From: an uncultured bacterium
Lineage (GTDB): Bacteria; Patescibacteriota; CPR2; UBA1875; CAIMLA01
Assembly (NCBI GenBank): GCA_903842085.1
Contig: CAIMLA010000043.1
Location: 1,563-65,562 of the forward strand
Length of the DNA: 64,000 bases
Direction: 5' to 3'
Shown: piece after piece, positions 1 to 9,240 of the stretch
Layout: each line of letters opens with the position of its first letter
How positions within the stretch are numbered: the first letter of the stretch is position 1
Program-made: the position numbers and the translations under genes
The notes under the pieces: generated by a model
The model's database searches: none
Told to the model about the DNA's origin: nothing
What the model saw: the letters and a program-made list of their open reading frames with translations, nothing else

Positions 1-647
1 TTAAATACAACAACGAACAATTGCTGTTAACTGCGCTCACACATCGTTCTTATCTAAATGAACACCACAATATCAAAGAGCACAATGAACGATTAGAATT
101 TTTAGGAGATGCAGTCTTAGAGCTGGTTGTGACTGAATATTTATATAAAAATTATAAGAACCCTGAAGGCGATCTAACCAATTGGCGAAGTGCCTTGGTT
201 AAAACAGAGACCATCTCTGAGGTGGCAAAAGAACTTGGTGTGGAGCAGTATATTTTGATGAGCCGAGGTGAAGCAAAAAGTCTTGGTCGGAGCCGTCAAT
301 TAATCCTAGCTAATATTTTTGAAGCCATCATCGGAAGCATCTATTTGGACCAAGGGTTAGATTCAGCGAAAAAGTTTATTCATGAACAGTTGATTGTCAA
401 ACTCGATAAAATCTTATCAGACAAATTATACATAGATCCAAAAAGTTTATTCCAAGAACTTGTCCAAGACAAAGAAGGGATTACTCCTTATTATGAAGTC
501 ATTGAAGAGGAGGGACCTGATCATGACAAGTTATTTACCGTTGGTGTCTTTGTCGGTGAAAAAAATTGGGGAGAGGGCAAAGGCCCCTCAAAACAAGCCG
601 CTCAAGCTGGGGCAGCGATCAAAGCCATTGAAAAGTACAAAAAATAA
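1..647 (+). CDS. rnc: Ribonuclease III (5' partial; reading frame open to window start)
   Basis: The RNase III signature ERLEFLGDAVLELVVTEY is present and a C-terminal dsRBD-like region follows. There is no stop codon upstream in frame, so the gene begins before the window. Confidence 0.85.
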   Translation, partial: KYNNEQLLLTALTHRSYLNEHHNIKEHNERLEFLGDAVLELVVTEYLYKNYKNPEGDLTNWRSALVKTETISEVAKELGVEQYILMSRGEAKSLGRSRQLILANIFEAIIGSIYLDQGLDSAKKFIHEQLIVKLDKILSDKLYIDPKSLFQELVQDKEGITPYYEVIEEEGPDHDKLFTVGVFVGEKNWGEGKGPSKQAAQAGAAIKAIEKYKK

Positions 648-712
648 AAATCGTTATAACATAAATTAAAGCGTTGCTACAAGTGGCGCTTTTTTTGTAC
701 AATTATGCTGTT

Positions 713-3700
713 ATGTATTTAAAGAAACTAGAAATATACGGTTTTAAATCCTTTGGCTCAAAAAGTGTCTTGGACTTTGAGCCGGATTGTGGAGCTGCTG
801 AAATTACGGCAATCGTTGGCCCGAACGGATCAGGGAAAAGTAATGTCGCCGATGCGATCAGATGGGTCTTGGGAGAGCAAAGCAATAATATCCTTAGAAG
901 TAAAAAGAGCGAGGATGTTATTTTTTGTGGTAGTGAATTAAAAAGTCGTTCTTCATTCGCTGAAGTTGTAATCACGCTATCACAAGAAAAAGAAATTATC
1001 ATCGAGATAAATAACAAAAAACATTCATTTCCCGAAATCTCGGTTAGCAGAAGGCTCTACAGAAGCGGGGAAAGCGAATACTTTATTAATCATAAAAAGG
1101 TTAGATTGCTCGATATCCAAGAGACCTTGGCTTTTCTCGGGTTTGGTCAATCAACCTATACCGTGATCGGCCAAGGGATGGTCGATCGACTCCTTTTTTT
1201 CAATGCGGCTGAACGGAAAACCTTATTTGATGAAGCTGCTGGAATAAGGCAGTATAAAATAAAAAGAGACCAATCACTAAAAAGGCTTGTGAGCACAGAG
1301 AGTAATTTAATTCGTCTGAATGATATTCTAAAAGAACTCGAACCACGAGTTGTCAACTTGAGAAGACTAGTCAAAAGGGCCGAAGGACGGAAAGAAATAG
1401 ACCTCCAGCTTGAGGCTTTACAAAGGAAGTACTATGGATCATGTTTCTTCGAAATAGACCAGAAAATCGCTCAATATGATCAAGAAAAGACCCAGATCGA
1501 AAAAGCAATTGAAGAGCTCCGAGCCGTTATAGACCACAATCACCAGCGAAAAACAAATACAGGCGAGAAGGACAGTTTCGGCAAAGAGGAGCTCGCCTGT
1601 AATCTGGAGTTAGATAAGCTATATAGCGATCGAGATAAGCTTATTAGAGAGATTGCTTATCAAGAAGGCCTGAAGGTCGAGAGCGAAAACCAAAAAGAGG
1701 CCAAAAAGCAGCAAAAAAAACGTTTAGACAGGGAGAGAACTCAATACGAAGAAAAGGAGACCCATCTTTGTGCCTTGATCGGAAAAAATCAAAAAGAGAT
1801 CCAAGCGTTGGAAGTAGTCGTAAGTGAGGTTGAAGCAAAAATAGAAAAATTAAAACAGAGCGAAAAGCTACTTGAGTTAAATCAGATAAAAAAATCTGAA
1901 AGTGAACAAACTCAAGCGATCGCAATGATTGAAGATAAAATTGGAAAATTGGAAAGCGATAAAGCCGAACTGAAAGAACAAGCCTTTATCTTGGCCAAGG
2001 ATGAGGAGCGGTCAAGAAAGCTAAAGGCAGATCAAGAACAGCTTTCAAATCAAAAAGAAGCCTCTTTAAGACAAATTAACGAGGTTGAAGAGAAGCAGGC
2101 CGAGACAATGAGAAAGAAAAATAATCTCAAGCGAGAGATTGACCAATTAGAAGAGTTGATCAAAATAATTGTACAAAATATCAAAAGCACCGAGGAGGAA
2201 ATACTAAAGACCAGCGATCATATAAGTGAAAAGAACCTGAAAGAAGTCGAAGACACTTTGATAAAGCTTGAAAGAGAAAAGGAATCATTATTTCAAGTAT
2301 TTTCTAGTACTGACAAAGTAAAAGCCACAACCACTTTTGATTTATTCTCAAGGCTTTTTTCTAAAGCGATGGATCAAATAAAACGACTAACCGACTCCTT
2401 GGATGCACGTAAAAGAGGTGAGAAGGAAAGTAAATTAAATAATTTACGGCAAGAGATGGATCACCAAAAAGAGGCGCTGACTGACTTAATCCTGGCCTTT
2501 GGGAAACTTAGCTCCGATATCGATAATTTTGAGAATAAACAAATCGAATTAACGGATCTTATTAACAATTTGGAGGGTGAGTTAAAATCACTTTCTCTTG
2601 AATTAGCGAAAAAAGACGGGCCAGGGAGGATAGAGGTGATAAGCGGAAAAATTCAGTCAATCGAAAAGGAACTTATTTTGTTAGAAAGAGACAAAAAACC
2701 TTATCTAGACAATGATTTAGAAATACAAAAAAATTATTTAACCAAGAAAAATGAAATACAGAAAAATATATCAGATTTAAATCAAGAACTTTACCATGAG
2801 AACTTGCTTTTAGCCAGAACGAAAAATATTTTAGAAAATCAACAAAAGGAGAAAGAGCTCTCCGTGGAAAAACTAGTTGAAATTGGGCAAGACCTGTCAA
2901 CTCACTTTGGGTCAGAGAATAATACCGTTCAAATACAAGATTCATCGCAACAAAAAGAAAAATTGGAGCAAGTCGAAGGACAAATAAAAGACTATAAGGA
3001 CAAGTTAGATAAGATCTATCTGAAAAAGAAGGAAACCGAAGCGGAAGACAGAAAAGCAGAACAAGAGGCCCATCAATATGAAAGCAAGGTAGTCGAATTT
3101 AGTAAAAAGCTCAACGAAGTCATTATGAGTCTTAGCCACTATCAAACAAAAAAAGAAAGTCTCAACGAAGAAGTTGGAAGCCTGAATAAATTTAATGACT
3201 CTAAGATGGCGCCAGCGGTCTTATCGCAGGAAGAAAAGGATTTGTTAAAAGCCAAAATCGAAAATCTAAAGCGAAAAAAAGAAATAATTGGGGGAGTCGA
3301 TCCTGAAACTATTAGTGAATTCGAGGAGCTTGATCAGAGAGAAACGGTGATGAGGCAGCAAGTTAATGATTTGGTTGTGGCCAAAAGCGACCTGGAAAAA
3401 ATTATTCAAGAATTAGATCAAAAAATTAAGAACAAATTTACTCAGACTTTCTCCGAGATCGCAAAACAATTTAATTATTATTTTTCAGTTTTGTTCAATG
3501 GTGGTTCCTCAAAACTGGAATTTGGTGAAGACGACCAAAACAATCTAGGCGTAGAAATTTCTGCCAGTCCGCCTGGGAAAAAAGTTCAAAGTTTGAATGT
3601 CTTATCAGGAGGGGAGAGAACCTTAACCTCTTTGGCCCTGTTATTCGCAATCCTGTCAGTTAATCCAAGTCCATTTTGTGTCCTAGATGAAGTCGATGCC

Positions 3701-3907
3701 GCCCTTGATGAATCTAACACGATTCGCTTCCTCAATATCCTTAAAAAGTTAAAAGCAAAAACACAATTTATCGTTATCACTCACAATCGAGAGACAATGA
3801 ATGTTGCAAACCTTTTATATGGTGTGACGATGGCAGAAAATCACATCTCAAAATTAATTTCTGTTCAACTTCAAGACGCCAAAGAGATGTCTCACGCCGA
3901 ACATTAA
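713..3907 (+). CDS. smc: Chromosome segregation protein SMC
   Basis: Walker A GPNGSGKSN, a long coiled-coil region, the ABC signature LSGGERTLTSLALLFAIL and Walker B VLDEVDAALDE are all present. The start was moved to ATG 713 (MYLKKLEIYGFKSF), the typical SMC N-terminus; the ORF track starts at TTG 674. Confidence 0.9.
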   Translation: MYLKKLEIYGFKSFGSKSVLDFEPDCGAAEITAIVGPNGSGKSNVADAIRWVLGEQSNNILRSKKSEDVIFCGSELKSRSSFAEVVITLSQEKEIIIEINNKKHSFPEISVSRRLYRSGESEYFINHKKVRLLDIQETLAFLGFGQSTYTVIGQGMVDRLLFFNAAERKTLFDEAAGIRQYKIKRDQSLKRLVSTESNLIRLNDILKELEPRVVNLRRLVKRAEGRKEIDLQLEALQRKYYGSCFFEIDQKIAQYDQEKTQIEKAIEELRAVIDHNHQRKTNTGEKDSFGKEELACNLELDKLYSDRDKLIREIAYQEGLKVESENQKEAKKQQKKRLDRERTQYEEKETHLCALIGKNQKEIQALEVVVSEVEAKIEKLKQSEKLLELNQIKKSESEQTQAIAMIEDKIGKLESDKAELKEQAFILAKDEERSRKLKADQEQLSNQKEASLRQINEVEEKQAETMRKKNNLKREIDQLEELIKIIVQNIKSTEEEILKTSDHISEKNLKEVEDTLIKLEREKESLFQVFSSTDKVKATTTFDLFSRLFSKAMDQIKRLTDSLDARKRGEKESKLNNLRQEMDHQKEALTDLILAFGKLSSDIDNFENKQIELTDLINNLEGELKSLSLELAKKDGPGRIEVISGKIQSIEKELILLERDKKPYLDNDLEIQKNYLTKKNEIQKNISDLNQELYHENLLLARTKNILENQQKEKELSVEKLVEIGQDLSTHFGSENNTVQIQDSSQQKEKLEQVEGQIKDYKDKLDKIYLKKKETEAEDRKAEQEAHQYESKVVEFSKKLNEVIMSLSHYQTKKESLNEEVGSLNKFNDSKMAPAVLSQEEKDLLKAKIENLKRKKEIIGGVDPETISEFEELDQRETVMRQQVNDLVVAKSDLEKIIQELDQKIKNKFTQTFSEIAKQFNYYFSVLFNGGSSKLEFGEDDQNNLGVEISASPPGKKVQSLNVLSGGERTLTSLALLFAILSVNPSPFCVLDEVDAALDESNTIRFLNILKKLKAKTQFIVITHNRETMNVANLLYGVTMAENHISKLISVQLQDAKEMSHAEH

Positions 3908-3927
3908 GGTAGATCGATAACAAGCGA

Positions 3928-3956
3928 TTGACAAAAAGTGATATTTTTATTAATAT
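3928..3956 (+). promoter_or_regulatory. Sigma70-like promoter upstream of rpsP (TTGACA-17-TAATAT)
   Basis: TTGACA at 3928-3933, a 17-nt spacer and TAATAT at 3951-3956, about 40 nt upstream of the rpsP start. Confidence 0.35.
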
Positions 3957-3995
3957 TAGCAAAGTTATTATACAGTTTAACCGTAAGGAGAGAGA

Positions 3996-4430
3996 GTGGT
4001 AGTAATCAGATTATCCCGAGTTGGGAAAAAAAAGCAAGCCTTCTATCGTGTCGTAGTGGCAGATTCAAGACGACCAGTAACGGCAAAATTTATTGAAATA
4101 TTGGGTTGGTATAATCCCCATACTAAAGAACTGAATGTGAAAAAAGAAAAAATCGAAACCTGGTTTAGTCATGGCGCCAAACCATCTAACTCAGTCGCTA
4201 TTCTATTTGAAAAAAATAAGATCGCTTTACCGAGTTGGGTGAAGATTGAAAAGAAGAGTAAAAAACCAAAGAAAGAAGTCGAAATGGCTGAACCAGCCAA
4301 AGAAACTCCCGCCCCGGTAGAGCCACCAGAGGAGCCTCAAAGCCCCGAACAAGCTTCCGACGAAGTTGCACTAGACGATAAGAAACAGAATAATATAGAC
4401 AATACAAAAGTATCGGCTGACGATAAATAA
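3996..4430 (+). CDS. rpsP: 30S ribosomal protein S16 with C-terminal low-complexity extension
   Basis: MVVIRLSRVGKKKQAFYRVVVADSRRPVTAKFIEILGWYNP aligns with the S16 N-terminus. A GTG start follows an AAGGAG RBS. The protein is 144 aa versus about 85 aa normally; the extra C-terminal part is Pro/Glu-rich. Confidence 0.9.
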   Translation: MVVIRLSRVGKKKQAFYRVVVADSRRPVTAKFIEILGWYNPHTKELNVKKEKIETWFSHGAKPSNSVAILFEKNKIALPSWVKIEKKSKKPKKEVEMAEPAKETPAPVEPPEEPQSPEQASDEVALDDKKQNNIDNTKVSADDK

Positions 4431-4444
4431 AAAAGGAGAGTCTT

Positions 4445-4831
4445 ATGCCAGCAAAAGAAGCAGATCAAGAGTTTGTAGAGTACATTGTTAAACAACTAGT
4501 TACCCAGCCCGACAAGGTTCAAACGACTCGTAAAATTGACGAGCTAGGAGTTCTTGTGGAGCTTATCGTAGATCGAGATGATATGGGGGTTGTTATTGGC
4601 AAAGAAGGCAAAACAGCCAAAGCCATTAGAACTTTACTGAGAGTCATGGGAGCAAAAAACGACGCTCGGATTAACCTTAAAATTATTGAGCCTGATGGTG
4701 ATAGCAAGAGAGAAGAAAAGGTCCCAGAAAAAATTGAAGAAACCGAAGAAGTAGAAAAAGAAGAGGTTGCTAAAGCCGAGGATGAGCCAGAGAAGGAAGA
4801 CGAAGCGCCAATGGCAGACTTAGAACTTTAG
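4445..4831 (+). CDS. KH-domain RNA-binding protein (YlqC/UPF0109-like) with acidic C-terminal tail
   Basis: A KH motif VIGKEGKTAKAIRTLL is present and the gene sits in the conserved position between rpsP and trmD. Confidence 0.8.
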   Translation: MPAKEADQEFVEYIVKQLVTQPDKVQTTRKIDELGVLVELIVDRDDMGVVIGKEGKTAKAIRTLLRVMGAKNDARINLKIIEPDGDSKREEKVPEKIEETEEVEKEEVAKAEDEPEKEDEAPMADLEL

Positions 4832-4856
4832 TTTTAGGGAATAAAAGGATACAATA

Positions 4857-4879
4857 ATGGAGCCACTTTGTGGCTCCAT
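4857..4879 (+). terminator. Perfect 10-bp-stem hairpin followed by an AT-rich run, just upstream of the trmD start (putative terminator/attenuator)
   Basis: atggagccac-ttt-gtggctccat, followed by tttatataaaat. Confidence 0.3.
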
Positions 4880-4890
4880 TTATATAAAAT

Positions 4891-5568
4891 ATGAAATTCA
4901 TTATCATCACCCTATTTCCTGAAATGTTCAAAGGCCCCTTGACCGAAAGTATTTTACCAAGAGCTCAAAAGAACGGCTTGGTTCATTTTGATTTTCTTAA
5001 TCTCCGAGACTTTGGTCTTGGTTCAAGAAAAAAAGTCGATGACACCCCTTATGGGGGTGGCGCCGGCATGGTCTTAAGAGTTGATGTGATGGCGGAAGCG
5101 ATCGCGGCGGCCAAATCAAAAATAAAGAATCAGAAGTCAAAGGTTATCCTTTTGACACCTCAGGGTAAAGTATTCAATCATTCAAAGGCGGTTGAACTGT
5201 CCCAAAAATACGAAGCTCTGATCTTGGTTTGTGGTCATTACGAGGGTTTTGATGAGAGAATAAGAAACCTAGTAGACGAAGAGATCTCGATTGGCGAATA
5301 TGTCCTAACTGGAGGAGAGATACCGGCAATGGTTTTAATCGACAGTATCAGCCGCTTATTGCCAGGTGTTCTTGGAACTACCGAATCGCTTAATGCCGAA
5401 TCATTTACCGATGGCCAATTATTGGAATATCCTCAATATACTAGGCCAGACGACTATGACAACCTGACGGTGCCAGAGATCCTAAAATCAGGTAATCATG
5501 CAGAAATTGAGACTTGGAGAAAAGCCCAATCGATTGCAAAAAGCCAAATTTACAAAAAAAGAAATTGA
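4891..5568 (+). CDS. trmD: tRNA (guanine37-N1)-methyltransferase
   Basis: MKFIIITLFPEMF is the TrmD N-terminus. SPOUT-type motifs are present and the synteny rpsP-KH-trmD is the usual one. Confidence 0.9.
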   Translation: MKFIIITLFPEMFKGPLTESILPRAQKNGLVHFDFLNLRDFGLGSRKKVDDTPYGGGAGMVLRVDVMAEAIAAAKSKIKNQKSKVILLTPQGKVFNHSKAVELSQKYEALILVCGHYEGFDERIRNLVDEEISIGEYVLTGGEIPAMVLIDSISRLLPGVLGTTESLNAESFTDGQLLEYPQYTRPDDYDNLTVPEILKSGNHAEIETWRKAQSIAKSQIYKKRN

Positions 5569-5618
5569 TGGTTTATCATTAATTATTTTGATATTATGTT
5601 AATAAGAAAAGGAGAAAA

Positions 5619-5798
5619 ATGGCAAAATTTAAGGTCAATCAAGAAGTGTGTATTGGTTGTGGAACTTGCGTGAGCTTATGTCCAGATTGTTTTGAACTGA
5701 ATGATGAAGGTAAGTCGCATGTTATTTTAGAAGAATGTGATTGTGACTCCGCTGAAATTGTAAATGACTGTCCGGTTCGAGCTATAACTGTAGAATAA
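5619..5798 (+). CDS. Small 4Fe-4S ferredoxin (59 aa; absent from the ORF track)
   Basis: Hand translation gives MAKFKVNQEVCIGCGTCVSLCPDCFELNDEGKSHVILEECDCDSAEIVNDCPVRAITVE. It has the CxxCxxC...CP cluster motif plus a second Cys group. An AAGGAG RBS lies 7 nt upstream of the ATG. Confidence 0.7.
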   Translation: MAKFKVNQEVCIGCGTCVSLCPDCFELNDEGKSHVILEECDCDSAEIVNDCPVRAITVE

Positions 5799-5799
5799 A

Positions 5800-6480
5800 A
5801 TGGATGATTTTGACGAAAAGACGGGCTCTAATGATAAGATTTGGAAAATAATCACTGCTTTGGCTGTCGTTCTTTTTGTCGTTGCAATAGTCTTTGTCAT
5901 TATCTTTGGTCTTCGGGTTCAAAGTAATAATAAGATAAAAGACCAAGAAATCTCCGCCAATCTTAAAGCTCAGGAAAAGGTCTTAAGAAATGAATTTCTG
6001 CAAGAAACAGAGTCAGATGATATTCAATATACAACCTCTCCTTACTTTGGCAGTCTAAAATTTAGTTATCCAAAAATTTGGTCAACAAATATTGCGATCA
6101 ATGAAGGCTCAGGAGAAGAATTCATCTTTATGGCTGACCCCAACTTGATCGAAATAAATGAAAAAGCTGCCTATACCCCAACTGCGCTTAAAGTAACCAT
6201 CAATAAAGACCGTTATGAGACCGTTTTGAAAAAGCTTGAGGACAAAAATAAAAGCGCCAAAGCGCCGTATAAGTGGACTGAAGCCGATACAGTTGTTTCA
6301 GAAATAAAAGGAAAGGTTTTCTCTGGATTGTACAGCAAGGAGAACCCAAACCGCTATATTATGGTTTTGGTTCCGTATCGAGACAAGACCTTGATCATTA
6401 GCACTGATGGTAGCACCACCGAGGATACCTATAAGAGCCAATTTGAAAAGACCTTAAGCTCATTTGAACTCAGAAAATAA
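5800..6480 (+). CDS. Hypothetical membrane-anchored protein (one N-terminal TM segment; paralog family member A)
   Basis: Hydrophobic segment ALAVVLFVVAIVFVIIFGL. The ectodomain shares motifs with ORFs 19233 and 46396. Confidence 0.6.
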   Translation: MDDFDEKTGSNDKIWKIITALAVVLFVVAIVFVIIFGLRVQSNNKIKDQEISANLKAQEKVLRNEFLQETESDDIQYTTSPYFGSLKFSYPKIWSTNIAINEGSGEEFIFMADPNLIEINEKAAYTPTALKVTINKDRYETVLKKLEDKNKSAKAPYKWTEADTVVSEIKGKVFSGLYSKENPNRYIMVLVPYRDKTLIISTDGSTTEDTYKSQFEKTLSSFELRK

Positions 6481-6521
6481 ATATTATATAATAGAGCACT
6501 CATAAACTCCGAGATTTTAAG

Positions 6522-8597
6522 ATGGAGCAAAACATTTTTAAATTAAAAAGTAACTTTGAACCACAAGGCGATCAGGGCCAAGCGATCGCTAAACTTAATC
6601 GTGGTTTAGAAAATAACTTCAGATATCAGACTCTCCTGGGGGTGACTGGTTCTGGGAAGACCTTTACTATGGCCAAGGTTGTCGAAAAAATACAGAAGCC
6701 AACCCTGATTATTTCTCATAATAAAACCTTAGCCGCCCAGCTTTATAGTGAATTTAAAGAATTTTTCCCAAACAACGCTGTTCATTACTTTGTCAGCTAT
6801 TATGACTACTACCAACCGGAAGCATATATACCAAGGACAGACACCTACATTGAAAAAGACGCTTCCATCAATGAAGAAATTGATCGTCTCCGGAATGCTG
6901 CCACGAGTGCCCTATTATCAAGGCAAGACACTCTGATTGTCGCGAGTGTTTCTTGTATCTATGGCTTGGGGGATCCAGAAGATTACAATACTTTAGCTTT
7001 GTCTTTAGAGCTAGGAGAAGAACGGAGTCGAGATAAGATCATTAGAAGACTAATTGACATCCAATATAACCGGAATGATAAGGTTTTTGAGCGAAGTAAC
7101 TTTAGGGTTAGGGGTGAGACAATTGATATTTGGCCAAGTTATGAAGAAGAAGGCATTAGATTGGAATTAGATAGTAATAATAGAATTTGTGTTATAAAAA
7201 AATTTAACCCCTTAACCGGAGAATTTTTGTCGAAGCTGAATTCGGTGACAATTTTTCCAGCCAAACATTTCGTAACGACGAAAGAGCGGATTAAAGAAGC
7301 GACCATAAAAATTAAGAGTGAACTGGAAGAGAGAATAACCGACTTAAAGAATGACAGTAAATTGCTCGAAGCCGAACGGCTGTCGCAAAGAACCAACTAT
7401 GATATGGAAATGCTCGAGGAGGTCGGATACTGCTCAGGGATAGAAAACTATTCTCGTCACCTGACAAATCGTCCACCAGGCGTCCAGCCAGCCACCCTGA
7501 TTGATTATTTCCCAGAGGATTACCTTCTCATGGTTGACGAATCTCATATGACCATACCTCAAATCAGGGGGATGTTTCACGGGGATTATTCGCGGAAGAA
7601 AACCTTGATCGACTTTGGCTTTAGACTGCCGAGCGCCTTTGATAATAGACCACTGAAATTTCATGAATTTGAGGATCATATTAAAAATGCTATTTTCGTT
7701 TCGGCAACGCCAGGTAGCTATGAGATTGAGAAAAGCACCGATGGGCAAGTACTAACCGCTGAGGAGTACTACCTGGCAGTTAAAAAAGGGAGAGACTTTG
7801 CCAAAATTAGTGAACAGGTCATTAGGCCAACCGGGTTATTAGATCCAATGATTGAGGTTAGAAAAACGGCTAATCAAATAGATGATCTAATCGCCGAGAT
7901 TAGAAGAGTCATCAAAACCAAGCAAAGGGTTTTGATTACGACCCTAACTAAAAAAATGGCAGAGGAACTGGCACAGTATTTGGCGGAGATGAATATTAGG
8001 GTCAAATATTTGCATTCTGAAATTCATACTTTAGATCGGCCCGAAATCATCCGAGAACTAAGATTGGGTATCTATGATGTTTTAGTAGGAATCAACCTGC
8101 TGAGAGAAGGCATCGATCTGCCCGAGGTTTCTTTGGTTGCAATCTTAGATGCGGATAAAGAAGGTTTTCTAAGAAGCGAGCAAGCGTTAATTCAAACTAT
8201 AGGCCGAGCGGCTCGTCACAGTCAAGGGCGAGTTATCATGTACGCTGACCAAAGAACTGGATCAATGGAAAGAGCAATCTTTGAAACAAATAGACGCCGA
8301 GAAATTCAAGAAAAATATAACCAGCTAAACAATATAACGCCGATAACAATCAAGAAAAAAATTGCGGACTCAATGGCTTCTCCTAAAAAAGGTGAAAATA
8401 ATGATGGTAAGTTCGAGATTTCTGGAATACCAAGAGATGAACTTGAAAGATTAATTAGAGATCTTGAAAAAAAGATGAATCTGGCCGCTAAAAATTTGGA
8501 GTTTGAAAAAGCCTCGGAATTCCGCGATCAAATAAGGTTGATCCGAACTGAATTAGAAAAAAACGATTTTAAGAAGAAAATTAAAAAACTTAGTTAG
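6522..8597 (+). CDS. uvrB: Excinuclease ABC subunit B
   Basis: GVTGSGKTF Walker A, the [12 protein letters not shown] beta-hairpin region and helicase motifs are present, and the C-terminus has the UvrB/UvrC interaction motif. Confidence 0.95.
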   Translation: MEQNIFKLKSNFEPQGDQGQAIAKLNRGLENNFRYQTLLGVTGSGKTFTMAKVVEKIQKPTLIISHNKTLAAQLYSEFKEFFPNNAVHYFVSYYDYYQPEAYIPRTDTYIEKDASINEEIDRLRNAATSALLSRQDTLIVASVSCIYGLGDPEDYNTLALSLELGEERSRDKIIRRLIDIQYNRNDKVFERSNFRVRGETIDIWPSYEEEGIRLELDSNNRICVIKKFNPLTGEFLSKLNSVTIFPAKHFVTTKERIKEATIKIKSELEERITDLKNDSKLLEAERLSQRTNYDMEMLEEVGYCSGIENYSRHLTNRPPGVQPATLIDYFPEDYLLMVDESHMTIPQIRGMFHGDYSRKKTLIDFGFRLPSAFDNRPLKFHEFEDHIKNAIFVSATPGSYEIEKSTDGQVLTAEEYYLAVKKGRDFAKISEQVIRPTGLLDPMIEVRKTANQIDDLIAEIRRVIKTKQRVLITTLTKKMAEELAQYLAEMNIRVKYLHSEIHTLDRPEIIRELRLGIYDVLVGINLLREGIDLPEVSLVAILDADKEGFLRSEQALIQTIGRAARHSQGRVIMYADQRTGSMERAIFETNRRREIQEKYNQLNNITPITIKKKIADSMASPKKGENNDGKFEISGIPRDELERLIRDLEKKMNLAAKNLEFEKASEFRDQIRLIRTELEKNDFKKKIKKLS

Positions 8598-8610
8598 ATT
8601 AGTTATAGTT

Positions 8611-8650
8611 GTCCTGCCGATCAGGACATAGCCCTAATCGGCAGGTTTTG
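8611..8650 (+). terminator. Bidirectional intrinsic terminator between uvrB and the convergent GHKL kinase gene
   Basis: Nested stems gtcctg/caggac and ctgccgat/atcggcag, followed by ggtttt. Confidence 0.4.
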
Positions 8651-9092
8651 GTTTGAGTTTTTTTACAGCAGGAACTTTGATCGTGGTAACGTAATTGTTG
8701 CCTTCTTTTTTCAGATTAATTGTGCCACCGATGCGGGCCAGAAGTTTTTTGGCGATCATTAAACCCCGACCGTGACAACGAAGCTCGTCTCCGGGCTTGT
8801 CTTCTTCTTTGACGCAATCTAGGCCATTGCCATTAGGTGAGTCTGGGTTGATAATTTGTACCGTTAACCCCGCATCATCTCTAACAATAGTGGCTGAAAC
8901 ATCACAGCCGCCATAGAGAAGGCCATTACTGACCGCCTCACTAACAGGGACGGTTACGCAAAGCACGTCTTTTGGATTAATGATACTTAGGGCCTCTTCT
9001 GCCGCCGCATCTCTTATAATGGCCATTGGACTTTGACCGGTTTCGTTTTCTTCTGAGTGTAAATCTAGCTTATAACGACGGGTGATAATCAC
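8634..9092 (-). CDS. GHKL/HATPase_c-type serine kinase (RsbW/anti-sigma-factor-like), stand-alone
   Basis: C-terminal GRGLMIAKKLLARIGGTINLKKEGNNYVTTIKVP resembles the ATP-lid/G2 box of anti-sigma serine kinases. No STAS partner gene is adjacent. Confidence 0.6.
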   Translation of the reverse strand: MIITRRYKLDLHSEENETGQSPMAIIRDAAAEEALSIINPKDVLCVTVPVSEAVSNGLLYGGCDVSATIVRDDAGLTVQIINPDSPNGNGLDCVKEEDKPGDELRCHGRGLMIAKKLLARIGGTINLKKEGNNYVTTIKVPAVKKLKPKPAD

Positions 9093-9240
9093 GAGAATCG
9101 CTCCTCAGTAAACTGATTTTTAATGTTCAAACCTATCCCTATTGTCTCCCATGGAATGAAATTGTCAAATCAAAATGCTTGAAATGTGGCTAAAAAAAGA
9201 GTACAATTTTAAAGTTTCTGACGCTAATTGAGGGGATTAA

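Noticed and set aside
460-669. 69-aa ORF overlapping the 3' end of rnc in another frame
   Set aside because: It is a shadow ORF within a well-supported RNase III reading frame.
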